Below are positions 30,101-43,307 of a DNA stretch of 64,000 bases, piece after piece. Every line of letters begins with the position of its first letter. The first letter of the stretch is position 1. Below the pieces are notes generated by a model. It was not told the DNA's origin. It saw nothing but the letters and a program-made list of their open reading frames with translations, and ran no database searches. Where the stretch lies: contig NC_068981.1 of NCBI RefSeq assembly GCF_001194135.2, forward strand, positions 152,256,426 to 152,320,425, written 5' to 3'. Position numbers and translations under genes: made by a program. Source of the DNA: Octopus bimaculoides (Eukaryota).

Positions 30101-32611
30101 AGGAAACTATTAGCAATATGAATTACTATAGAAGGAATGTAAATATTCTCCGAAACTTATATTAATTTTTATGAAACTTATGTGATTATTTCAAAAGCGC
30201 TTACCTATGCGAGATTCTGTCTCAGTAACAATTTCTGTGAAATTAACAACGCAATTAATTAATAGTCTACATCAATGGTTACAATACTCAAGTATCGAAA
30301 AGACGAATTTTAATAAAATTTATCAATAATTCGAAACGAGAATATTTATTGGATACTTTCATCACAATTTTTTCAATAAAACTTACTATACATTATATTA
30401 ATTAAATTTCCATATTCCATTTATGATAGGATACAATGTCTTAAAAGTCATTTCATTATTAATGTCGATTGTGCTAAATGTTTACTTTCATTAAACTAAT
30501 AATAAAGCAATAATCATTGAAATACAAATTATAACAAAATTCATAATGTAATTTCTTTGATGAAGGAGAATGTCATTAAATGACACTTACCAACTGAGGC
30601 GTCGACCTGAGAAGGTTGTTCTAAATATAGAATAAAATATTATGACATCAGATTTTAATATCAGATAAAGATAGAAAAGCTGATACAAATTAGGAACAGC
30701 CTCTCTTCACAATGAGGATCGGCTTAATTATACATTTAGGAACTTATCTACATAGTGCTCTCCTACTCTATTCTTATTCTATTGGGATAAAGTTCAATAT
30801 CATAATATTCTTACGTAATATATATTTTTACTATTAGATATATGTAAGTTAGTTTAAAGTAACATAACTGAGTCACTAATGAAAATACGCCGGTTTAAAC
30901 ACAATAGACTTAGCAATTTTATCGTTGCGCATGAATATTTTGCAGACATGAATATATAGAAATTTCGTAAGCAATTATGGATTGTGTATAAAACAGATAT
31001 CTAGGTTCATTGAAAGAATGTTGAAAATATGTTTGCTCACCTCTAGGACGCTCCTCCTGCGTCACAATATCTGTAAAATTAATGAAATAATATTGCAGCT
31101 GAACTTAACAGTTAAAAACCTAACAATGATAGTTCAGCATATTTGGAAATGAGAACATTAGAATATATTACTTTTATCATTATATGTATCATTCGTGAGA
31201 AACGATTTCCTTTACACTGCTAATCCGCATTATTTATATTATCTATATTTTAAACGTATTTCAGCATTGAAATGTTATAAGTATTTTCATTGCGATGATG
31301 TTATGTAAAGCATTTGGTTTTTACAACACTTACGATAAAAGAAAAATTTCTTTCTTACATACTTTATATGAATAAGAAAATCGATGTCTAACTTTGAAAC
31401 GCAGTAAAAGTTACACCACACTCAAAACTTTTAAACAGACACAGTAAAATATTATCAATTATGTCACGTCCTACAATCTCAACAAACGAGTTTCTTTTTC
31501 CTGTTTAATTATCGTAAGAACACTGTAAGTTACTACTTCACACATTTCATGAGCCAAACATTAGTGAGAATATCCTTCAAGAGTTAGTCAAATATATATG
31601 AGGCACTTCTATTATTTTCTAACGATAAATAATAAAGCCAGAATATCACAAAAATATACGAAGACATCAAGTATAATTCGGCGACAATTAGAAGCAAGAA
31701 ATCATAGTGAATAATTTCCCACTCACCAACTGTAGATTCGACTTCAGAACGTGTTTCTAAGTAAAAGAAAATGTAATTATGTACTCCTACTGATTACATT
31801 ATATAACTAACAAACACCTAATATATTGAGGCTTTTTATGTTTGTAATCATATATTTCCGAACTATTATCTGAATTAATCGAAAACACAAGATTTACATG
31901 TATGTGTATATATGATAGTTTCACTTTACTGGAAAAGAATATTCTTCCATGGATAATATATACAAGAATACACGAATTAATTATAATTTAGTAAATGGAG
32001 TAACTCAGATAACTAAAGCTTTTTATATTTGTATTTGATAGACAAATAGATAGTGTGATGAACAATCTTGCATTAGCTTACCTGTGCGAGTTACTTTTTC
32101 TGTTACAATTTCTGTAGAATTAACGAAATGTGGGGTTAGATATTACAAAAGATACTTCAAGGCAGAATACACAATTATGTGGCAATTAACGAAAGAATAT
32201 TTTAACGAATTTATTTTACCAAGATGTCTATAGCATCTACATCTATGTAAATGTGAGCATGTATTTATGCATATGTATTTTTGTATAAATAGATACTTAT
32301 GCACCATGTGCGTATATATTTATACATAAGTATATATATATATATTTATACATACACATATAAATGCTTATATATATGTGCGGATGCATGTGCATGTATA
32401 TATGTATATACATGTATATATATACATATATATATATATATATANNNNNNNNNNNNNNNNNNNNNNNNNNNNNNNNNNNNNNNNNNNNNNNNNNNNNNNN
32501 NNNNNNNNNNNNNNNNNNNNNNNNNNNNNNNNNNNNNNNNNNNNNNNNNNNNNNNNNNNNNNNNNNNNNNNNNNNNNNNNNNNNNNNNNNTGAGTGTGTG
32601 TGTGTGTGTAC

Positions 32612-32642
<31 letters not shown>

Positions 32643-33626
32643 CATACACACATTCATATGAATGCGTACACTTATATTTAGACACACAAATATGTCTAGT
32701 AGTATATTCATATATATATATACATTCACATATATACTGCTTTCAAATTTTGGTACAAGGCCAGCAAGTTCAGTGGAAGGAGTAAGTCGATTACATCGAC
32801 ACCAATACTCAACTGGTACGTATTTTATTGACCTTGAAAGAATGAAACGCAAGGTCAACCTCGGTGGAGACACAGAGAGAGAGCGCATGCGCATACGTAT
32901 GTGTGGGGGTGTACGTGCGTGTGTGCGTGCGTGTGCGTGTGTGTGCGTGTGTGTGTGTGTACGTGAGTGTGTGTGTACGCGTGTGTGTGTGTGTGTGCTT
33001 GTGCGCGCACGCGTATCTATATATTTGTAGGTAAAAATTGCAGATCTGTGCTTCTGTTGTGAAAACTGACTGACTATTACACTTCGAAAAATGCGTTTGC
33101 TTTCTTGATTTTCACGAAGAATATTCTATTATCTAAGTCATCTATAACTTTCCCTTCTATCATGTTGAAGATATTTTAAAGACGAAAATGAAAACAGAAT
33201 AAAAGAATCACCAAAATTTCAAAAGCAAACAAAACGAAGACATATTTTACACCAACAGCTGCAAGTTAGAACCGTGCGAATTCTCCAAAGAGAATATATA
33301 AAGAATATATAAATATATAAAGCACGAAGAGAAAGTAAACAGCAAATTTTATGAATGCAAATACCTCGTTTTGAAAATCAGCATTACTACAGGCATCTTC
33401 ATCAAAAACAAATTTGACATATCCATGTATACCATGTATATTTTAAAAACTTTACATTAAAGCTACTAAAGTAGTGCATTTACAATTTTGTATACTGTTT
33501 TCTACACAACGATACAAATACTGTATGATACATGCATCGTCACTGAATTAATATTTTATGTAATTGTATGGAGTCTCTTTATGAAGGTATATGCATGCGT
33601 CTGATTTTAGTGTGTAAGTTGCTACG

Positions 33627-33705
<79 letters not shown>

Positions 33706-35872
33706 GTGCGCGTGTGTGTGTGTAATGTGTGTGTTTTAGATATAGAATATTTTTAACGTTTGCGTTATTATAGATTTCACACCGCTATACATGAACGCTG
33801 AAGCCAAACATTAAAAGCCAGTGAAATTGTTTAAAATTAAACTCACCAACTGTAGATTCAATTTCAGATGGTTTTTCTGGGTAAAATTTAAAATAAAATA
33901 CAATAAGGACTTTGCTAGATTATTTCACACAAAACCAAAATCCTTGTCTTCATTTATCCAAAAATCTGTTACTCTGGAGTTTTTACTAGGTATTGAGCGG
34001 TTTTACGTCTGTTATTTACTCTTTTACAAATATTAAAAATTTGTTAGAATTAGAGTTATTTCTTGTGCGTATCATTTCGCATAACTGCACAAGGACATTA
34101 TCAAAAATATGATTTACATTAGAAGGAATGTGTATATATCTTCTGAAAACTATTCATTTTTATGAAACTTAGATATTTCAAAGACGCTTACCTATACGGG
34201 ATTCAGTTTCAGTAACAATTTCTGTGAAATTAGCAACGCAGTCAATTAACTATAGTCTGCATTAATTGTTGCAATAAACAAATGTTAAATAGACGATTTT
34301 CAATAACATCTATTAATGAATCGACACGGAACTATCTATCCAGTATACTTTCACAACAGCTTCATCAGTAAACTTACAATGAATGACATCAACATTCAAT
34401 ATTTAATATAAGATCGAATATCATACGTTTTACGTATTGGTTCATAATTATGCAAATTATACTGCACATATTTATTCTAATAAATTGTAACTTAATTGTA
34501 ACTTGAATGTTAATTATTGATCATACAGTTGTTTATTTTTGTGAAATCTCATTAGAAGACACTTACCAACTGTGGATCGGACCTCAGAGGGTTCTTCTGA
34601 ATATGGAATATAAGATTATGACGTAATATTTTAGACTACGTAAAATTACGGACTGTTTATCTATATATACTTTCCTATTGTTTTGAAATTCATGAATACC
34701 GTAGTGTTGTTAAGGAAAATATATTTTTATAATCTCATACATGTAGGATAGTTTACAAATTTACCATATTAACTAATATTAATTTACGCGTCAATACTTT
34801 GAAGGCACTCGTGTTTTTATTGCTGTTTTTTATTGCTATATTACGTTTTTTATTCTTATATAATGTAGCAACTTCGGAGACAATTGCGAATGCAGTGTAG
34901 ATCATAGACACTATTATGACGTACATTCTACTGTGACATAACTTTGAGGTAATGTTGAAAATATAGCTTAGACACTTGTCAATGTAACAATATCTAATAA
35001 CATTAGAACTGATTTTCGTGCATTTATGAATAAAGATATTAAATACTTAAATGTAAACTTCAAGATGTAATACAGTTTTACCAGTACACGTTGTACATAA
35101 ATACACACATACATACATACATACATACATACATACATACATACACGCATACACACATACATACATACATACCCATTGAAGTCATACTTCACTGATTTCA
35201 AACATCATTGCATTATGAATAGTGCTTATATTATGAGAAGAGCGACGTCTGTTTCACTTCTTAGATAAGGCTACATAAAACTATCGTGGTTGAAAATATC
35301 ATCCAAAATAATTTTTTATAAATTTTGTAACTTTCGATAAAACACGATAAAATTACACGCGACCATAAAAGAACGTTTACACAAAATGATTATTACACAA
35401 TGAATCCAGTCGTGTAAATCATAATAGATCCTTCAAATATTTAGCCAAACGAATGTATACGCGCGCGCGCGCACACAACAGTATAAAAATTTAGTTCTCA
35501 TGTACGATTCACAATTTCAGGTCATTAGTATTGAGCATTGGCTGTTCCATGGATGCCCAACCGTTATGGATCATTAGAGGAACACTTTAGATGAGATATT
35601 TAATCTGTGTAACGATTGCAGTTAGGCAGCCAAATGCACATGGAAGATCCAGTACTGAGTTCCAAGTAACTGCAATGATGAAGTGTAAGGTCTAAATTTT
35701 TATACAGTTGTTTATCGTAATTCCACTGCATCTGGTCTGTTTATCATAACTAGTTACACTGCTAAATACAATGGTCGACTAATTATTATTGTAGAAACTG
35801 ACAGGTTAACGATAATCTACGTGGATTTCTCATACAGTAGTAGGCCTACATCTAACTATACACATACAGTAT

Positions 35873-35962
<90 letters not shown>

Positions 35963-38900
35963 TTTCGGCTTCACTTTTTCGCGCGCCTTTGCAATTTACA
36001 ACTGTTTGCATTATTCACAATATTTATGTTGTGACTGGCGAGCATAGATGATTATGTCACTAATGCATCTAGAATATCAAAAACTACATACCTCGAGGTA
36101 TTTTATCTGTCGTTCTATTAAATCTGTCGGTTCTAATTAATAATATATCGAAAACTCTAAAAGAAATTAAATTAATCTAAGCCTATGCAATTATAAAGTT
36201 TACAACTTATTAAACTCCATACAGTCAGCACAATAATAAGATATTTTAAGCAGATTGTACTTGAAATGGCTAATGAATGATGAAAATAGAGGAAACGTGA
36301 CAGAAGCACGTGTCATTCATTTATACTTTTAAAATAGAGGATATATTAAGCAATTGTACCAACACTTACTAAAAGGGCAAAACTTGGATAATACAAGCAA
36401 GAAATGTCAACGAAGCAGCACATTTGAAGGGATGTGTTATGGGGGACTGTTGTACCTTAGATTACAAAGCAGTGCATTTGAAGGAATGTGATTATGAAAG
36501 ATTATTGTGACTTTAAATTATGAAGCAGCGCATTTGAAGGGATATGTTATGGAGGATTACAGTGCATTTTAAATTATGAAGCAGCACATTTGAAGAGATG
36601 TTTTAGAGAGAATTATCGTCTTTTTGATTACTTTTCTGAAGAGCATCGTTCTGTGATTATGCCATAATACATTTTGTTGTATAGATAAGAGAAATCAAAT
36701 ATTTGAATGTATCTAAATTCAATGATGACATGTTATGCAGGCACTGAAATTCATAATTAGAAGCAAATAGCCAACACTGGAAGTAAGAAACATTGTTTTA
36801 TAATATACACTCACCATGAGCGGCTTCCACTTTCGACCGCTTTTCTAAACATAATTAAAATGAAGAAAAATTGACATATTATATGTCGATGTGCATGCAT
36901 ATATGAATTCGTGTATGCATGTAAATACTTGTGTTCGTGTATGTGCACGCGCGTCTACATGTCAATGTATCTTTATGAGTGCGAAATTATTTTGTATGTA
37001 TGCATACTTTTCTAAATACAAAACTAAATTGACCCATATATCTATCCATAGATATATCTATTCGTGCATTTGTATAAACGATAGGGAAGAGCACTTGGTA
37101 CATTGCATAGAGTTTATATTTGTGAGGAAATAGTGATTCAAGCAATCATTACTCGGAGTTTTATAGGCATGAATGCACGTATATAATGCCACTGCCGAAC
37201 ACTTTACTGATTAAACACAAATATTTGTCCCCAACAAACTGAGTAACGCTACATGCTGCACAGTACAATTTTACAATTGCAAATTAATGCAGATATAGAA
37301 GGCTACCTGTTCAGATCGCCAGAACATCAAGGTTAGACCACTGCTTCAATTCAGTTAAGGACAGTAATTGAAAATGGACACCTTTTCGTTTATTGTAACA
37401 GTAACAGGATAAAGAGAAAATGCTGAATTATTAATGTACTGGAAAGATTCCTTACCTCCACGAGTTATGGTTTCCGATATTATTTCTGTGAATTTAATAA
37501 AATAACTTATTAACTTTTCATTGTATTAATGTTAATGTATAAGTTAAACATACTCGAAAACCTCTTACAAATATGATGAGGAGAAGATAAAATAAAAGAT
37601 CTAGCTTAGAAATTATAGAAAAATATTTACAATGAATGTTTCTGAAATGATGTTACGAAATATTGAAAATCCTAATTAAATGTTTCAAAATATATAGCAT
37701 CAAAAAGAACCATTACTTAAATAAAATAATATAAAGATAATATTTTTTTTCTAAATGGCACATTAGAATTTGTAGGAAATTGTAAACTTAAGCACAACTC
37801 CAATATTTATGCTACCTTCTACTCAAAACATAATATCGTGTGTAATTATTGACACTAAAACCAAATAAACTCACCAATTTGTTCAGCATAAGGTCGATCT
37901 AGATGGAAAATATAAGAATTTTCTTTAAGTTCAAAACTAAATATTTTAGACTGAGGAACTTAATATTCTATATAACTTTTTATATATGTTTTTAAATAAT
38001 GCAAGCCGTAAATAAGTATGGATTACAAATTACAATTATAATCATGGCAAATCTATTCCCCAACTAGGCATTTCTTACAAAAGCGTAACGGAGTGCAATA
38101 GTAATTTTAAAGGACTTTTATAGTCAATGCGTTTAAAGCTCAAAAGTTTCTTTTGAAGCAAAATAATTTGATATTTATTTCAACATATATTTTCAGATGC
38201 TTACCTATCCAATATTCCGTTTCTGGTACAGATTCTGTTAAATTAACAAATAATGTAAACAATGTAGAAATAAATATTAACATAGTAAATAACTAAATTT
38301 AATTTCATGCTGAAAAGCTTTTATTTCCAAAGCGTTTTAGAGTTTATTCAACGACCATCCAGTTCTTACCAAAAATTCTACTGTTTTCATTTCAATTATT
38401 ATACCCTAAATGTTTCTACGACACATAAGCTAACATAAATATGAAACTAAGTTAGTAGTTTCAATAGTTTATAATCTCAAGGTGTATCGGTACCATGCAT
38501 ATTATACAAACAAATTAGGCCTGTATTTGTGGGATTTCAATAAAAAGGAAGGCTTTACTCGAGTATATAAAGGTTCACAATAATAGGGAAATAATTCATA
38601 TCTCGAAAATGTTAATCTCAAGAATCAAGAGACAAAAAAATACAACTCATAGTTCAATTATAGTGAACGCTAATAAATCTTTAAGAGAAGCTGGAAAATT
38701 ATCCCCATATAAATCTCGGAAAGAAAGCTATCAAAATATGAAAATATGAAGATACACTACACAGCAAAAATGAGACTAACAAAATATCCAAACTTAAAGT
38801 AGCACAGATCTAGAAGTAACTTCGGTCATGTTAGCTAATTTAAATAGATATTTAAAAGCAATGTGATATCTAAAAAGAACATTTAAAAGGGAAAAAACAA

Positions 38901-39358
38901 ATAATGAATATATAATTAACGAATAAAAAACCAGATACCAACACAAATAACGAAATTAAAGAATAGGCTTATAAGTATATATATAAATCTCAATGATATG
39001 CCTAACGCATTCAAAACAAATTAAACAGTGACAAGACACAACGAATCAACTTGCAGAATAGTTTCAGAATATCGACAAAAAGTTCGAGGCAGAACTATAT
39101 CAACAAAAATATAAACACAAGTGAACATGATATTCTCCTCTTGGTATTAGAAACGTTGAATATGACAACAAACTTGGGTGGAATTAATACAAGAATTAAA
39201 AATTGAATGTTCCTCTTCATTATAAACTTTACTGATAAAATAGCAACCACAAACAAAATACAAATTGTGACGCTTCATATACCTAAATGGAAAGGTGAAC
39301 ATCAACACTATGACAAAATAAATTATCATTCCAGAAAACTGTTTTCTAAACGTGTATC

Positions 39359-39424
<66 letters not shown>

Positions 39425-41086
39425 CTTTTTCTGCTTGGCACTGACACCTTTATCTGACATGCTAAACAGAACTGGATGTGGATATAACTGTTACGGGAAA
39501 GCAATCAGCCACCTCTTATATGTGGATGACCTAAAACTGTACGCTACAAATGATAAACAGCTGGAAACACTACTACAGACAGTACATGGATTTACCAAAG
39601 AAATATATATATAAGATTTGGCTTAGAAAAATGTGCCAAAGCAACCTTGAAAAGAGGAAAACTAGTTAAGAGTAGCAACATCACACTAGATAAAGCAAAC
39701 AAATGAAATAAAAGAATTAGACCAAAGCAGACATACAAATATTTAGGAATCAATGAACTCTGTAAGATACAACACACACAACTGAAAGAGAAAATAAAAA
39801 ATAATACTATAGACAAGTTAGACTAATACTGAAAACAGAGCTCAATGCGAAAAATAAGATAATAGGTATCAACACTTGAGCAGTCCCAGTAATGTGTTAC
39901 AGCTACAATATCCTTAACTGGACTCTAAATGAACTAATCAAAATAGACAGGAAAACAAGAAAAATAACGACAGGATTTAAGATGCATCACCCAAAATCTG
40001 ATATAGAAAAGTTATATATACAACGTATAGAAGGTGATACAGGCATTATACAGCTAGAAAGCTGTTACAAAATAACTACCATAGGACTACAAAAATACCT
40101 ACTTCAGAAGCAAGGAAAACTAATACAAATAGCCACAAAACACTAACAAAACAAAAATCTATTTTCAGTTTTTAAGGAAGCTGACAAATACAAACAAAAA
40201 GTCATACAGTCTAACAACTATGAAGAAAAAGTAGAAACAACAAATGAGAAACAACAAATGTAAAACAAATGAAATCCAAATAGACAAAGCAAAATCCCAA
40301 CAATGGCTAAGAAACTCAGGACTCATAGCAGAGACTGAAGGATTTTTAACTGCAGCACAAGATCAAAGCCTCCCCACCAGAAATTACCAAAAACATAAAA
40401 TGAAAAGAAACAGAACAAGTAACTTCAGAATATGTGGAGATGGAGGAGAAACAATAAATCATATTGTCTCTGGCTGCCCAGTCCTGGCTAAGAAGGAATA
40501 TATTCACTGACACGACAGACTTGGGACCTACATATACTGGAAGCTATGATAATACTATAGAATTACAATAGAAAAGAAGATGGTATAGACGCACGCCAGA
40601 AAAGGTCACAGAAAACGAGAAAGCAACCATACTCTGGGATATGCCAATACACACAGATAGAGAAATTAAGACCAATAGGCCAGATATAGTTGTCAGAGAT
40701 CATCAAGAAAAAATGCTTTCTAATTGATGTATCAATACCAACAGATGACAGAGTTTCTCTAAAAGAAATGGAGAAACTTTCAAAATACAAAAACCTGGAA
40801 ATAGAGATAACTCGAATGTGGAATCTAAAAACAGAAACAATTCCTATCATAGTGGGCGCATTTGGTGTGATGGAAAAATATTCAGACAAATACATAACAA
40901 AAACACCAGGAATAACGAATATATATAACATACAGAAAAGAGCACTACAAGGTACCGCACATATCCTATGTAAAGCAATTTCAATACAGTAACTATAAGA
41001 GCATCACAAAAAACTACAGCACATACCCAAAGCACACAGAGCTGCGCTCGGTAGTGCAGTAAAAGCACGTCATAAAAATAAGACTA

Positions 41087-41156
<70 letters not shown>

Positions 41157-41699
41157 GCCCTAGTGCAGTATCAGGCGGTGGCTCTCATGGCTTCCGATGT
41201 TAACTGATTGGAAATGTTATCATGTACCTATTTGTCTTCATGTAAAGGATGGGCTACAACAGATGTTCTGCACAATATCAGAGATTTGCTTCACGGCTGT
41301 TTGATTTTAATCAATTAAGCATGTCTCTTAGTGGATGACCATATGTGCATCTCTGATCACAAGCGGAAGTAGTGAGGGAGCATTATACCTATGTGTTGAT
41401 AGAAAATTGGTGCAGTCTAAATAATAGACTTCTGGAAACATCGTTGCTTCCTTCAATATCTCTAAAGAAACCCAATTCAGAGACTTTGAGCGGGATGGGC
41501 TACTCGACCTGAACAAAATTCTAACATAAAAGACCATGCGCAGTTTATATTGATATGAGATCCTCATGTCGCGCGCATATGGTTGTGACGCATGTGGCCG
41601 GTGCACACTTGTCAGACGGGTAGTCATGATGGCTGAACTGGGTTTCATATATTTGTACCCCTGTGTCACTTTGATGGCATACATTGCTCTCTCACACAC

Positions 41700-41754
<55 letters not shown>

Positions 41755-42381
41755 TTTTATACAGACACAAGGCCAAAAGTAGAGGATATTGTCGCCCGAA
41801 TCGACACCTGTGCAAGAAGACTAGTATTACTTCTAATAAGAAAATATAGATCTAAAAACCTGGTTCAATTAATTAGATCGACATGGAGTGCTGTCATTAT
41901 CAATATGTAGTGATGGTGCGACGACGTCCACTATAACAATAATACCAATAAAATTATTACCTAAAAGATATATAACAATTGAGAATATGAGCTAAACTCA
42001 ATTAAGACTATTTATTATATGAAAATTTCGGAGATGTATNNNNNNNNNNNNNNNNNNNNNNNNNNNNNNNNNNNNNNNNNNNNNNNNNNNNNNNNNNNNN
42101 NNNNNNNNNNNNNNNNNNNNNNNNNNNNNNNNNNNNNNNCAGAAGAGAATATCATATTCTCCTCTTGGTATTGGAAATGTTGAATATGGCAACAATCTTG
42201 AATAGAAATTATTCAAGAATTAAGAATCAACGTTCCTCTTACTAGTAACCCTTAACGATAAACTAGCAACCATTAATAAAATACAAACTGTGACACTTCA
42301 TATACTTAAATGGAAACGGGAACATCAACACTATGATAAAAAAAATAATCATTCTGGAAAACTGTTTTTTAAGAGTGTATC

Positions 42382-42436
<55 letters not shown>

Positions 42437-42981
42437 GCCCTGGTGCAGTATCAGGCAGTGACTCTCATGGTTTCTGATCTTGACTGATTGGAAATGTTAT
42501 TATGTACATGTTTTGTTTTGATGTAAAAGATGGTCTACACCAAATATTCTGCACAATATCATAGATTTTCTTCTCAGTTGCTTGACTATAACCAATTGAG
42601 CATGTCCCTTGGTGCATCTCTGATCACAAGCAGAAGTAGTGAGGGCACATCATAGCTATGTGTTGAGAGGAATTTTGTAGGGTTTACATAATTCAGTTTC
42701 GAAATATGGGTGCTTCGTTCAACATTCCTAAACAAACCCTATTCAAGGACTTTTGAACGGGAGGGGCTACTCGACCTGAAGAAAATACTAACTGGTTCCC
42801 ACCTGGAAGATCATGCGCAATTTATACTGATATGAGATCACCATGTTGCTCACATATGGTTGTGATGCATGTGGCTGGTGTACCCTTATCGGACAGATAG
42901 TCATGATGGGTATGCTGGGTTTCATGTATTTGAAACCCTGTGTCACTTTGATAGCATGCAATTCTCGCTCACTCAATAATG

Positions 42982-43017
<36 letters not shown>

Positions 43018-43230
43018 TTTTATACAGACTCTAAGCCAAAAACAGAAAGACTCGAAACCAGAAGACAAGTATTACTTTTAACGCCAATGCTCAACGTAGG
43101 AGTGTATGAAACTGATTGGTTTAGTGTTTTCTTCACTCGGTATGCGATGAAATTAGTACAAGTAAAGAAGAAGAAGAAGAAGAAGAAGAAGAAGAAGAAG
43201 AAGAAGAAGAAGAAGAAGAAGAAGAAGAAG

Positions 43231-43307
<77 letters not shown>

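Noticed and set aside
1595-34596. Regularly recurring ~30-40-nt repeats could be read as a CRISPR-like array
   Set aside because: Eukaryotic DNA; spacing is 0.3-3.6 kb and irregular; repeats have splice signals and synonymous variation; no cas genes
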